Below the pieces are notes generated by a model that saw only the letters and a list, made by a program, of their open reading frames with translations, was not told where the DNA came from and searched no databases. DNA of 64,000 nucleotides from the IMG/VR virus record IMGVR_UViG_3300017565_000020, positions 6,998 through 70,997 of that record, one strand, 5' to 3'. This stretch comes from a virus. Taxonomy: Duplodnaviria; Caudoviricetes. Shown in pieces: positions 48,078 through 60,100 of the stretch. Each line of letters starts with the position of its first letter. Positions within the stretch are counted from its first letter, which is position 1. The translations under genes were made by a program, and so were the position numbers.

Positions 48078-48845
48078 ATGGGATTAATTACATTACGAGA
48101 AGTAGCACAGGACGCCTGCATAGAAGATGGCGATATGCAGTTGAATTACCTGGAAAGGAACATGACCTTTTGCCAGCGTGCATACGGTGACTTATACCTG
48201 TACCAGTTTCCCAACGTGAAAACCATATTGCTTGAAATAAGTGATGTGCTCACCTGCCGGCTACCCAATGATTATGTGCAATGGACAAAAGTCGGGTTAA
48301 TGGATACCTGCACCGGGCGAATTGTAGTATTGGGATACGACGCTACACTTTGTACCGCACATAAAAACGTATGCCCATGCGACCGTGAAAGTTGTGAACG
48401 GGAAATCAACGAATTATTTGCCTATAACGATTCTCAGCGGGCCGATCAGTTCATGTTTGTCAACCCCATATTTACCAACGGTACGGTTTACGGGCTTGGC
48501 GGAGGCTATAACCGGTTTGGTTTTTTTAAAGAAAACCGTGAAGACTGGGAATTGCAATTCTCCGGGAAGATTAACTACGGTGAGCGAATGAAGCTGGTAA
48601 TGGAGTATAAGGCCGACGGAACTACAGGCGGAGTAAATCTTGTTCCATCTGAAGCAAAGGAGGCTATTATCAACTTCTGCCTGAGCAAAGTAAATAAAAA
48701 GCGGGACCGAGGATTATCCAACGAGTATAAACGGGATTGGCAGGTTGAATATAAGCGCCTGCAAAGCCTGTATCGGGGAATGAGCAAAGAACAATGGAGT
48801 GACTTATTTAAACGGCACGCGGTGCAAACAGTAAGCAGCTATTAG
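48078..48845 (+). CDS. Putative tail ring or adaptor protein 3
   Basis: LPNDYVQWTKV motif; likely ATG at 48078. Confidence 0.5.
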   Translation: MGLITLREVAQDACIEDGDMQLNYLERNMTFCQRAYGDLYLYQFPNVKTILLEISDVLTCRLPNDYVQWTKVGLMDTCTGRIVVLGYDATLCTAHKNVCPCDRESCEREINELFAYNDSQRADQFMFVNPIFTNGTVYGLGGGYNRFGFFKENREDWELQFSGKINYGERMKLVMEYKADGTTGGVNLVPSEAKEAIINFCLSKVNKKRDRGLSNEYKRDWQVEYKRLQSLYRGMSKEQWSDLFKRHAVQTVSSY

Positions 48846-48880
48846 AGGCGTAAGGTAAAAGGTAATAAAGAGTAATAATT

Positions 48881-51800
48881 ATGCCGGATCAAAGTCATAA
48901 AATAACGTTTACCGGGGCTATGAACTCGGACTTAGAACCGAGACTTATCCCGGAAGGTGACTATTTGCCCGGTACCAAAAACTTTGACAATGCCGATGCT
49001 ATTACCGGGAAAGTCGGAGCTATGGTTAACCCCGTTTCAAACCGGTTAATACCGTACACACAACCGGCAGGTGAAAATGAAGTTATGGGCAATTACTTCC
49101 ATGACGAAACCAGAAAGCTGTACCGGTTTGTATGGAACTCTAACAACTACCATCATATTATTGAAACCGATGAAGCGACAGAAGATACGGTTTACCTGGT
49201 GCATAACCTGGTTCAAACCGGTGGAGTAAACGTGCTTAACTTTGACAGGGAACATCCGATAGTACACATTAATATTAAAAGAGGCTTACTTTTCTGGGTT
49301 GAGGGTGGATATAATGATGCCCGGAAACTTAATATTGAACGTGCCCGTAACAGTGAATATGGGTTAATAACCGAAGATATTATTTCGGCGGCAAAAGCGC
49401 AGCCACTTGCTCCGCCGACCATAGTTTATACTACTGATGCCAGCAAATCATACAACCGGCTGAAGAGAAAGCTGTTTTATGCCAGAACTCAATTTGTTTA
49501 TGATGACTATGAAGAATCGGCGTGGAGCAGTATATCCAAACGTCCGTTTATTCCTGGTGAAGGGGACCCCAATAAAGACAGTAATGCCATTCTGAATAAT
49601 GTTTTGGTAATAACCATTAATACCGGGCCTTCAAATGTCAGGAAAATAAATATTGCCGTTTCTGATAACGATGAGATGAAGTTCTATAAAGTAGCAACTA
49701 TTGATAAGGCTGATTTAGGACTGGCAGATAACATATCTTGCGCCTATAATTTTTACAATGATGTTAACGGTATCGCTATCCCTGATGAAGATAGTTTACT
49801 CAACTATGATAACTTCCCGGAAAAACCGGTTTGCCAGGATTTAGTGAATGACGATATCATTGATTATGCCAATTTTGAGGAGGGGAAGGATAATTTAACC
49901 GAATTGAATGCGCAGTTTACATTTATATTTAATAACCCTACAGCGAACAATGGAATTATTAATGTTTATAAAACCTTTAAACACAATAGTTCATATTTAC
50001 CGGGTATTATATACGAGGATAAAATAGGCAGACAATGGTTGGTGCAGAGTAAACAAGGATGGTTGAGAGAAACACCAAAAATAAACCAAAATTATGGTAC
50101 GTATGGTATTTTAGAATATCAAATTAATCATAAGCCGCCGTTAGAGGCTGTAAAATGGCAACCATGCTTAACCAGGAATTTAACACATGTAGCATCGTTG
50201 GAATGGGTAACCGATCATATTGTTCCGGGATATGACACCAATGTAACCAATAGGAACGGGAATGATTATTTAATGCTTGAACTCAATTCCTTTTATGAAT
50301 ACAAAGCCTATAAAAAATATGAAGCTATCGGTTATGATTTTGAAGCCGGTGACAGGATTAATTTTATAGGATTGGTAGATAGTGCAACAGCCTCACCGTC
50401 TTTTTCGCCATCCAGTTATTACGATACCGAAATATTGGATATCATAGAAGATGAACGCAGGGATTATGATGCGATCGCTTCCTGTTCCGGCAATGAATTT
50501 ACAGTTAATATAGATGGATTTTTTGATAGCACTTTCAGGGGATTGCAGGTATATATCACAGGTACTATCCATATAATGGGTTCTGTTAGCAATAACGGAA
50601 GAACAATATTTATCACTCCGCCGAAGAGTGTAGAGAATACAACTGACTGGCATGTAATATTACCAGGAAAATGGTTGAAAATCGCTAAACCAACATTTAC
50701 GGTTTCAAAAAATCTATTTATCGAGATTTATAAACCTAAGCAGTTAAATTCAGATACAAATTCAGATAATGTATTTTATGAAATAGGTGAATGTTATGAT
50801 GTGCTCAATCCGGGTTTATCTAACAGAGCCCATCAGGGACCCATCCAGGATCAGGATGAAAACCAGCCTGCTATAGGAAGGATTTACGGAGCAGATTGCT
50901 ATATAAAAACAAGAAATATTAAATTTAAGCGAATAGATAGAATTTCCGATGTGGGTTTAATTAATCTTATCGTTGAAGATTTTAATTTCTCAGACTATTA
51001 CCCATCGAAGTTATATGACTATGGGCGTTTCTCAGCACAAAATCCCAATGCCAAACGGTTAAAAAGAATTGCTACGCACCGATTTAGCCGTCCTTATGTA
51101 GCGGAAACCAATATTAATGGATTGAGCCGGTTTTATCCAGGCAATCAAAAAACGTACGAAGAGCAATATGGTGAGATATTACGCATCAAATACAATGACC
51201 GCGTACTGGCTAATTTACAGGAATTGCGTGTAGGTAAAATACTGGTCAATCAACGTATGCTGACCAGCCCTGACGGGTCAGCTACAGTAGCCGTATCAGA
51301 CCAGTTACTCAACGATATACAATATGCTCCCCAGAAATTCGGTATTGGCAGAAGTCCGGAATCCTATGCCCTTTATGGCGGGATAGAATACTTTGCCGAT
51401 ACATACCGCGGTGTAATATGCGCCATGAGCGGACTTGAAATTAAAGCCGTTTCTGAAGAAGCATTTTACGCTCAGTTCTGGACAAAAACATTGGCCGATA
51501 TACGAAACACATCCGCCAAGATGCCGGGATATATCGACCCTGAACGTAAGCGCTATATTTTGAGCATAAAACCAAAAGAAGGTATAGCGGCCGATACCGT
51601 TGTGCTGGATATTAAGAAGCAACGTTTTATTTATCATGCCGATTACCTGCCTGAATCCGGCGGTAACTTCGGAAATAAATTGTGCACGTTTAAGGATGGA
51701 AACCTGTGGGTCCATGATGATGTAACCCAACGGAATAATTTTTATGGTGAGCAGTACGCATCCGTTTTAAAAACCGTATTTAACCCATCGCCATCGGCCA

Positions 51801-52132
51801 ATAAGATACTATTGTCTATGAAATACCAGGCTAACCGGGTGTTGTGGTTACCTGAAATAACTATTCCCGGCGACAGCAGGCATCCGTTAGGTATGAAAAG
51901 CAAGTTGACAGCCAACTGGTTTGAATACTTTGAAGGAGATTATTATGCGCCCTTTCTTCGGGATATGCTGACGCCGGACGCTAACCCTGATAAAACGGAA
52001 TTACAGAAGTTATTTGAAGGAAGGGATTTAATGGGTAAGGTGGCTATGCTGACCTTACGGCACGAAGGGCCAGAAGAAGTTGTGCTGATACTGGCAGAGA
52101 TATATTACACGGCAAGCAATCCTACAGATTGA
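48881..52132 (+). CDS. Tail stabilisation or muzzle protein (P22 gp10-like position)
   Basis: GAMNSDLEPRLIPEGDY N-terminus, beta-propeller-like repeats, NNFYGEQY near the C-terminus. Confidence 0.7.
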   Translation: MPDQSHKITFTGAMNSDLEPRLIPEGDYLPGTKNFDNADAITGKVGAMVNPVSNRLIPYTQPAGENEVMGNYFHDETRKLYRFVWNSNNYHHIIETDEATEDTVYLVHNLVQTGGVNVLNFDREHPIVHINIKRGLLFWVEGGYNDARKLNIERARNSEYGLITEDIISAAKAQPLAPPTIVYTTDASKSYNRLKRKLFYARTQFVYDDYEESAWSSISKRPFIPGEGDPNKDSNAILNNVLVITINTGPSNVRKINIAVSDNDEMKFYKVATIDKADLGLADNISCAYNFYNDVNGIAIPDEDSLLNYDNFPEKPVCQDLVNDDIIDYANFEEGKDNLTELNAQFTFIFNNPTANNGIINVYKTFKHNSSYLPGIIYEDKIGRQWLVQSKQGWLRETPKINQNYGTYGILEYQINHKPPLEAVKWQPCLTRNLTHVASLEWVTDHIVPGYDTNVTNRNGNDYLMLELNSFYEYKAYKKYEAIGYDFEAGDRINFIGLVDSATASPSFSPSSYYDTEILDIIEDERRDYDAIASCSGNEFTVNIDGFFDSTFRGLQVYITGTIHIMGSVSNNGRTIFITPPKSVENTTDWHVILPGKWLKIAKPTFTVSKNLFIEIYKPKQLNSDTNSDNVFYEIGECYDVLNPGLSNRAHQGPIQDQDENQPAIGRIYGADCYIKTRNIKFKRIDRISDVGLINLIVEDFNFSDYYPSKLYDYGRFSAQNPNAKRLKRIATHRFSRPYVAETNINGLSRFYPGNQKTYEEQYGEILRIKYNDRVLANLQELRVGKILVNQRMLTSPDGSATVAVSDQLLNDIQYAPQKFGIGRSPESYALYGGIEYFADTYRGVICAMSGLEIKAVSEEAFYAQFWTKTLADIRNTSAKMPGYIDPERKRYILSIKPKEGIAADTVVLDIKKQRFIYHADYLPESGGNFGNKLCTFKDGNLWVHDDVTQRNNFYGEQYASVLKTVFNPSPSANKILLSMKYQANRVLWLPEITIPGDSRHPLGMKSKLTANWFEYFEGDYYAPFLRDMLTPDANPDKTELQKLFEGRDLMGKVAMLTLRHEGPEEVVLILAEIYYTASNPTD

Positions 52133-52156
52133 TTTGTGTGCACACTTTGTGAAATT
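52133..52156 (+). promoter_or_regulatory. 24-bp motif, copy 4
   Basis: Exact copy upstream of the ejection-protein genes. Confidence 0.75.
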
Positions 52157-52186
52157 ATGTATATTTGAAATGATAAAATTATTGTT

Positions 52187-52765
52187 ATGCCTATACCATT
52201 TGCATTACCCTTAGCATTGTCCGTAGGAAAAGGATTATTCGGATTATTCTCGAATAAATCTAAAGTGGAACGGCCGACCATTACTGAAAACCCGTACCTG
52301 TTACAGGCGCTGGACATAGCGAAACGGGAGGCTGCAACCAAAGGACTTACCGGTGCAGACACACTTCAGAAAAAGCTGGACCAGGATGTTGCCGGTTATA
52401 TTAACCAGGGAAAGGCGTCTACCAATGGTGCCGACTTTTTAACCGGACTGGCAACGGCGCAAGCGGGTAAAATGAACCAGGAGGCTGATATGGCCTATAA
52501 GGGAGCCCTCGAAGACAAGCAAGACGAAGCAACCCTGATTAACCAGTTAGGGGTAAATGCACAGGATGCCAACCGTGTAGTTGACTGGAATACCATTGGT
52601 AAATACCAGGACGATGTAGCCCGTGAAAAAGCCCGTAAGGAGAGTATTGGAAATGGTATAGGAGATATTTCATCCGCCTTTTCAACGTTGCTGAAGGGCA
52701 ATAGCCAACTGGCCGGAGCGGGCGGTGACGCTTCTTCCATATTAACAAAATTATTAGGCTTATAA
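52187..52765 (+). CDS. Putative ejection (cargo) protein 1
   Basis: A/G-rich helical protein with a hydrophobic N-terminus; after the muzzle gene. Confidence 0.6.
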   Translation: MPIPFALPLALSVGKGLFGLFSNKSKVERPTITENPYLLQALDIAKREAATKGLTGADTLQKKLDQDVAGYINQGKASTNGADFLTGLATAQAGKMNQEADMAYKGALEDKQDEATLINQLGVNAQDANRVVDWNTIGKYQDDVAREKARKESIGNGIGDISSAFSTLLKGNSQLAGAGGDASSILTKLLGL

Positions 52766-52774
52766 TCCAGCGAA

Positions 52775-54169
52775 ATGGCACAACCCGGAGTTCCAGATTT
52801 TTACGCCTACCAAGCAGAAACAAATCCCATAAAGGCTTTTGACGAACTTGTACAGACTGTTGCCGAGCAGCCTAAAATTGAGGCGGCACGGCAGGAAGCG
52901 GAGCGCAAAAGAAACATGGAGCTTGAAAAGATATATACGCCTGAAACTCCAGACTTTACATTCCGGTGGCAGGAAGAGCAACAAAAAGCCCTTGATGATA
53001 TCAATGACATTGGTCACAAGCTCACCGTTATGCGGTACGACCCTTACAAATCCGGGGCATTGACCAATGATAAGGCTGCTCAGCTTTACAAAGATTTTCA
53101 TACCAAAAGCAATTTACTGAAACAGACCAATTCGGCAGCGAAGTATCTTCAGGGCACGTGGGATACGCTTACCAAATCTATCAGGGAACATCCGGATAAA
53201 TATAATGAAGATGCCTTGGCAAAGGTTAATGAATTTTACAACCGGCCGCTTTCTGAAATTATGAAAGAGGGTAAACCGGCCCCTGATATTACCCAATTGG
53301 AGAAACCCTATAATTTCACCGCATGGGCAAGTAAGACGAAGAATGCGATAGACCCGACACAAAATGGCTATATACTGCAACGCAGTCCCGGTGCTATAGA
53401 AAATCATTTTCTGGCCGAATACCAGAACAACCCGCAGGCCAAGCAATACTGGGCAAAAACATTTTCAGCCCTTCCCGAAGATGAACGTAAACAGTATGCC
53501 GCAAGGGCAATTAAGGAAGATACCGCACCGGAATATTTATACGGGCTGGATGTAGCTAAAGAAAGCCTGATTGGCCGTAAAAATAAACCCAAGCCGGCTT
53601 CCATTATCTGGCCGTGGTATACCCGTTTACAAGGTAATACCTCTCAAAGCTCATCGCCCTATTCGGTAGCAGCTATAGACCCATCGAAATCTAAAGATGT
53701 GACCTTCAGGACTGGTAAGAATACAGGTACAATTCCCGGGTTTAACGAGACACCTGTTACTATTAACCAGAATGTGGATTTATCCTCCGGCTATTATGAC
53801 CTGGACCATGGCGGAACGAAGGGCAGGCAAACGGCATCCGGTAGTGTATCGTTCAAAGCTTCTCAAATTAAGGATGTACCTGTAGACAGCCAGGGAAACC
53901 CTATTTCAAAAGAAAAGTACCTGTCGTTGCCTAACGGTACCAAGGTAGATTATATACCCATGCTTATCGGTACGGCTAAAATACGGGACAGGGATGTGAA
54001 TGTGATGATACCAGCCTCGCAGTTGTCTGTGAATAAAACGACTACCAAGTCTATGCAGCAGACCCTGAAGGCTCATTCAAAGGGTGGCGGAAGCGCATTT
54101 TCGACCAGCAAGAAGGAAACTCCGAAGCCAAAGACAAAATTAACCAAAGGGGGCTTAAATGATTTGTAA
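52775..54169 (+). CDS. Putative ejection (cargo) protein 2
   Basis: Position and composition. Confidence 0.55.
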   Translation: MAQPGVPDFYAYQAETNPIKAFDELVQTVAEQPKIEAARQEAERKRNMELEKIYTPETPDFTFRWQEEQQKALDDINDIGHKLTVMRYDPYKSGALTNDKAAQLYKDFHTKSNLLKQTNSAAKYLQGTWDTLTKSIREHPDKYNEDALAKVNEFYNRPLSEIMKEGKPAPDITQLEKPYNFTAWASKTKNAIDPTQNGYILQRSPGAIENHFLAEYQNNPQAKQYWAKTFSALPEDERKQYAARAIKEDTAPEYLYGLDVAKESLIGRKNKPKPASIIWPWYTRLQGNTSQSSSPYSVAAIDPSKSKDVTFRTGKNTGTIPGFNETPVTINQNVDLSSGYYDLDHGGTKGRQTASGSVSFKASQIKDVPVDSQGNPISKEKYLSLPNGTKVDYIPMLIGTAKIRDRDVNVMIPASQLSVNKTTTKSMQQTLKAHSKGGGSAFSTSKKETPKPKTKLTKGGLNDL

Positions 54170-57100
54170 TGGCAGATAATCCGAAATACAAATTATGGAA
54201 AGCACTTAACGATGCCGATTATTATACCAAGTCGTACGATGATTTTGACAAGCAATTTTCTTCGGATGAAGGTATAGCAAAACTGCACGGAGCGCTGCAA
54301 AGCGCTGAGTATTATACCAAGGATATCCAATCCTTTAAAAGTCAATTTTTTAAGCCCGCGTCTTACGGAATACAGCTACCCGGAGCGTTCGCTACACCAG
54401 ATACATCGACACCAATGGTACTTACCCAAAGCGGTAAAAAAGTTTACGACCGGGTTTTACAGGATGAAGAGAATAAGACAGCGAATCTTTCCAGACGGCT
54501 TAACGGGGGTAAACAAGCCTATGATGCGCAGCATGGGGCCGGCGCAAGTGACGCTATTATCGGGCAGGCCAATGAACGTCTGGCAGATACCCTTACGGAG
54601 GCAGATGACAATCGTGGCTTAGCCAATGATATTGTACAGGCATTAAAATTACCGGCTCTAAATAAAGGAGTATCGGATACGGTTTTGCGCCCATTAGATG
54701 CCGGAGCAACATTTGTTGATGATGTGATGGGTAAAATATATACCGGAATTACCGGTAAAGCTTACCAGTCGCAAAAGGCTAACTGGTTTAAGGATGCAGC
54801 GGATTCATACGACAAGCAATTCGAGCAACGCAGTCAGCCCGAAACCATAGCCGGACATGTAGCTGAAGGAGTTATGCAAACCGTTCCGCTACTGGCAGCT
54901 ACCGCACTAACAGGAGGGGAAAATCTGGTTGCCAACGGAACAATGTTGACCGAGAGTCAATCGGCGCCTGTTATATCACATCTCACCAAGTTTTTAGCTA
55001 CTACCGGCGCATTAAAGGGCTACGGAGAAGCCCGGAACGAGGGCAAGGATATGACCGAATCCCTTGGAAATGCAAGCGAGGGATTTGTACATGGCGGCAT
55101 TGAGGGGATGAGCATTGAGGCACAAATGCTGGTGGGTAAAACATTTGGCAAAGAAGCAGCCAACCTGCTCGCCCAAAAAGGATTGTTTAAGGGTGGTGAA
55201 GTTACCAAAGCATTACTTAACGCTTTGGGGGTAAGCGCCGTTTTCGGCGGCACATCAGTTGGCAGTGACCTGGTTAACGGCCGGGAGATTAACTGGGATA
55301 ACGCTGCCGTACAGGCTGGCATGGGAGCCGCTTTTGAAGCACCGGGAATTGTCACCGGGACGGGCAGGGAGATAAGCAAGATAAGGTTGGATAAAAGCAT
55401 TCTCAGTACACTTACCGATGCCCGCGACATGTCGCGTGTAGCCAATTTTATAAAAGCTACCCCGGAGCAAATAGGGGCCGCTGTAAGCATCAAGGACCGC
55501 CCGGGTAAGCTGATAGCCAAATCCATTGAACAGGGCATGCAGGCCGGAGAAAGCGCCGATTATGCGACCAAAACCCAAGGGCACATTGCACAGCTATCAT
55601 TACAGAATGCGGCGGACCTGAAAATTGTTGTAGGGCAGATAGGGAAGAACAAGCAAAAGTTTATTGAGTCCATTAACAATTCAGACCTTCCGGAAGATAC
55701 TAAAAATCAACTACTTGGCAAGGTTGAGCAGGTTTACACCGCCTATACACCCATCGCCAAACAACAGGCAGACCTGAGCGAGCAGATAAAAGGCATGGAT
55801 GACCAGATACAGGGTTACGAGGAAACCATCAAAACATCTGCCGACCCTTTAGAAACGGCCAATGCCGAAGTTCGTCTTGAAGCATTGAAAGAGCGGCGAA
55901 ACACTCAATTCGACAAGCTTAAAAAGCTGATTAAAGACAACCCTGAAGTTAAACCCGAGCAACCGGAGCCAGAGGTAAGCCATAAGCATTCGTTTGATGA
56001 GTTTGGTAACCTGACCTCCGAACAACAAACACAACGCAATGAACCGGCAAACGAAACTGTACCTGCTGCTGAGGCTGTATTACCTGAACAAAAACAACCG
56101 GAAGAAGCAAAGGCTGCTGCTGAAGAAAGCGCTAAGCCTGTTAAGATAGGAAAAGCGAGTAACACGTTAAAAGATGTGGAAAGTACAGCTAAGGCATTGG
56201 GAGACGTTAAATTTGACTTGGGACAAAATGATGAATACAGCAAATATGGAGATGTTCTCAGCTTGGTGCCTGATTATGAAGCAAAGCAAAAAAGTAAACT
56301 GAGCGAAGAGGTAATTTCAGAAGCCTACCATAAAGCCAAAGCAGACGGCAGCAACCCTGAACTGGTAAAAGCGGTAGAAGATTTATTGGGAGAAAAAGGA
56401 GATGCGGAAGGTGCCCCAGAGCAAAGTTATGTTAAAGAGAAGATAGGCAAGCTGTTTGATTTAGCCCAAAAGGTAAAGGATAGGGTTGTAAAAGAATTTA
56501 TCCGCCCGGTTACCAAAGAAGAGGTTAAAGCCATAAAAGAGAAGACCGGGATTGATATTGATGAAGAATTTGAACATACCATAGATAATTCAGCCATAAA
56601 CCACATTTTAAAAGAACATGGCAATGAAAGTACAGAAGCGAAACAAGGGCAGACGGCAATAACAAAAGATGACGTATCGCTTATACCTGATATTATAGAC
56701 AACTATGATGCCATAGAAAAGAAGATAGAGCCCGGCAAGCCAGAAAGGATACTTTACACTAAAGGATACCCAGATGGCACAACTTATTACTTTGAAGAAG
56801 TCAGAACAGGAAAAAAGGAATTAGCTGCGGTTACTATGTATAAGAAAAAGGGGAACGCGAAAATGGATACTGAAACAGTCCCCTTACGCCCAACGTCCGA
56901 AACGACTCCCACCACAAATATAGAAAAAACAGATGATAAGAGCATAAAAGAACTGTTAGAAGAAAATTTTGATGCTGTTGATGAAGATGTAATACCAGAA
57001 GGGGCAAAAAGAGCGGGGCAAAAAGAGTACAGGGCAACTACAAAAGATGGATATAGTCTATCCATTAGCCCTGCTAAAGAAGGGTATTCTGTTTTCTTAG

Positions 57101-60100
57101 GAAAGCCGGGCAAAGATGTGAGCAATGTGGATTCATTCAATCAGATAGAAAGCTGGTTTCCGTCTGACGATAAGGAGCTATTGGAAGTTATAGCAAAGTC
57201 AAACCAGTTAATTGAGAAAAGAAGAACTGTACCTGCTACTAAGGATGTTCCCGACACGAATGCCGGGGACAAAGAACCTGTAAAAGCTACCGGTACATTA
57301 ATAGAGGATGTTCCACAGCACCTGACAGATGCAGGTTACCAATTCGCCGCCGCCCCGGCCGGAGAAGGTAAATTCGCCGTGTTTGAGACCAATAGCGGCA
57401 GAAAAATAAGCAACAACTTTGACAGTGAAGCAGAAGCTATCAAAGCTTTTCAGGATAATAAAGATAAACTTACCGTTGAGGCGGTTGCCAATAAAACAGG
57501 CGCCAAGGCAGAAGGAAAAGAAGAACCGGGAGAGCTGGAACAAGGCGCTGAACAAGCTGGTACCGCTGATGGACGCGGCGGGAGTGTACGATCTGCCGAA
57601 GAAGGACCAGAAAAAACCGACAGAAAAGTAAAGTCATTAACAGACGAGGAATTAGCCCGGAAAAAAGAACTTGGCGCTAAATTTCGTGGCCGTTTCAATG
57701 ATATAACCGGCATACCGGCACTGCTTGCCGATAAGGAGTTCAGGGAATATGCCGGTCTGATTTTGAAAGAGGCCAAAGGCGATTTTAAGCAGTGGGCCAG
57801 GGATATGATTGACAATGTAGGTTCAAAAATTGAAGAACACCTGCCTGCCTTATATAAAAGCCTGACCGAGGCAAAAGAGCCAAACCCAGAAGCGCTCAGC
57901 AAGGAAGAAGCTAAGGCTATCCGCGAAGACGGTATTACACCAGAAGACATTAAAGCGTATGAAGAAGAACACAAGTCCGCTGAAGCTACAGGCGTACCGG
58001 AACCTGTACCAGGACCAGAGCATGACCGAGGATCAGGTATCGGCCAAGATAAAAGCAGTGCAGAACTGGCTGAACCGGAAAAACCCGGGCCGTCCGGTGA
58101 ACCCGCTGAAGGGAAGCAGCCTGAGCGAGAACAGCCGGAAACAGAAAGTGCTAACCAACCGACTGAACAAAAAGCTAAACCCGAAGGGGATGGGGAAAAT
58201 TTAAGTGGTTCTGAGCGAAAAAAGGCTTTACTAAACAGGCTTGCCGACCCGGAGCAAAGCAACCTGAGCGAAACCACCATAGAAAATATAAAGAAAAAAG
58301 GTCTGGGATACGAGGCATTTTCTAACGAAGAAGCCAATTTAATAGCCAAGGACATTATTTCATTTGAAGGTGTTGACCGGGCGGTTGAAATGGCCGATAA
58401 CCGGGCTAATGATTTGAACGGCGCCGTACGCACTATGCTGTATTCGGAGGCCATCAATCATTATTATGAATCAGAGAAATCCGCAAAAACGGATGCTGAG
58501 AAAACACGAGCCAGCGACTTGCAGGCTGACCTTTCTGACAGGCTGGATATTTATTTACGGGATTCTGGACGTTCTATTCAGGCGGTGCAACGTTATTACC
58601 GGATGTCGCCTGACGGTATCTACAAATCCATCAAGCGGCGCATTGAACGCGAAGACCTAACTGAAAAGAAAATCGGGAAGGGAAACCTTTCGGAAAAGAT
58701 AAGTTCGGCAGCCGAACAGCTTATAGAGGGATTAAAGAAACAGATTTCAGATTTAGAGAAGAAGCTATCTGAAAAAACCAAAAAAACGACAGGAGAAAGT
58801 AATAGCAATTACTTTACCCGGACAAGGGAAGAGCGGCTGAAACGTATTGCCGATGCTAAGGAGCGATTTAAAAAGGCATCAAAAGGAACATTGAGCTCCA
58901 GTATAATCGGGTTAAACCAGGCTCAAGTTGAAGCTGCGCTTGAAATAGGCGCTGAGTACGCTGCACTTGGGTTTACCAAGTTTGCAGACTGGAGCCGTAA
59001 AATGATAAACGAGCTTGACCTTACCGAAAAGCAGGCCCGGGCATTGTGGAGCAGTAAACTGGATGCGGCCATAGATAACAAGCAACGGACTTTACGCGAC
59101 TTTGCCGGTGATGAGTTTGACGTGGAGTTTAAAGAAAGGCTAAATCAGGAATCGAAAAAGCTTATTGACAAGCTATTTCCGCCCACCATTATTGAACGTA
59201 CCTACCCGAAAGCTAAAAAGGCAAGGGCGGAAATTCATGAAAAAATAGTTGACGCGATACAGGCCGGTGTGCTGGATGGTACCATTCAAAACGTAACGGA
59301 TATATTTGGCGAAGCTAAACGGGTAAACCGTGTAGACCAGTTGTTTTATGAAAAATTCGGTATTGTTCATGCGGACAATCCGGATGTGGCACGGCGTTTA
59401 AAAGAATTATCGGCCAAAGTAGCCGAAACAGAGCCCGGCTCGCTTTACCAGGCAGAGGCATATATTAAGCTGAACGACTATATCGCCAACCTGAAAAAAG
59501 AAAGCCTGCTCAACATGGGCATTCCGGTTATGTACGCCAATATGCTGTATGGCATTGAAACACACCAACGGAATATGGGATTTAACGCCCAGGTAGTGTT
59601 GCAAAAGTTTACTACAGCGGCATTGCGTAATCCAAAATACGTATCTGTTCTATGGAATGCCCTTAAAAAGGGGACATTTGAACGTGGTTCGGCCGAAGCC
59701 CGTAACGTACTGGCAACAGGCTATCCAAAAACCGGTACGGTTCCTAAAGAGCGGGACATTATGGAGCGTATTGAGAAAAGGGGGCTTGCCCGTGCCTTGA
59801 TGTTCTATAACTATCCCGGACGGGCGCTTTCGGCCGCAGACGCTTTCCTGAATTACGGATTACGGGAAATGAAGACGGCAGAACTGCTGATTAACGGATT
59901 GAAGGAAGAGAATAAAAAGTTGCCAAGAGACCAACGCAAAACCAATAAGCAGATAGAGGCTGAGGTAAATGACCTGCTCAGCTATACTACCTTACGAAGG
60001 CAACGTGCCGAGCAACAGGCCATGCGTGAAACGATGAAGTATTATAATTTATCGAACCCTGTCTATACCCCTGGTGCCGATGGATTATATACCCGTGACC

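Noticed and set aside
55020-58457. Long minus-strand ORFs (55020-55538, 57450-58457)
   Set aside because: Antisense to the giant ORF, with S/L/F-rich composition typical of shadow frames.
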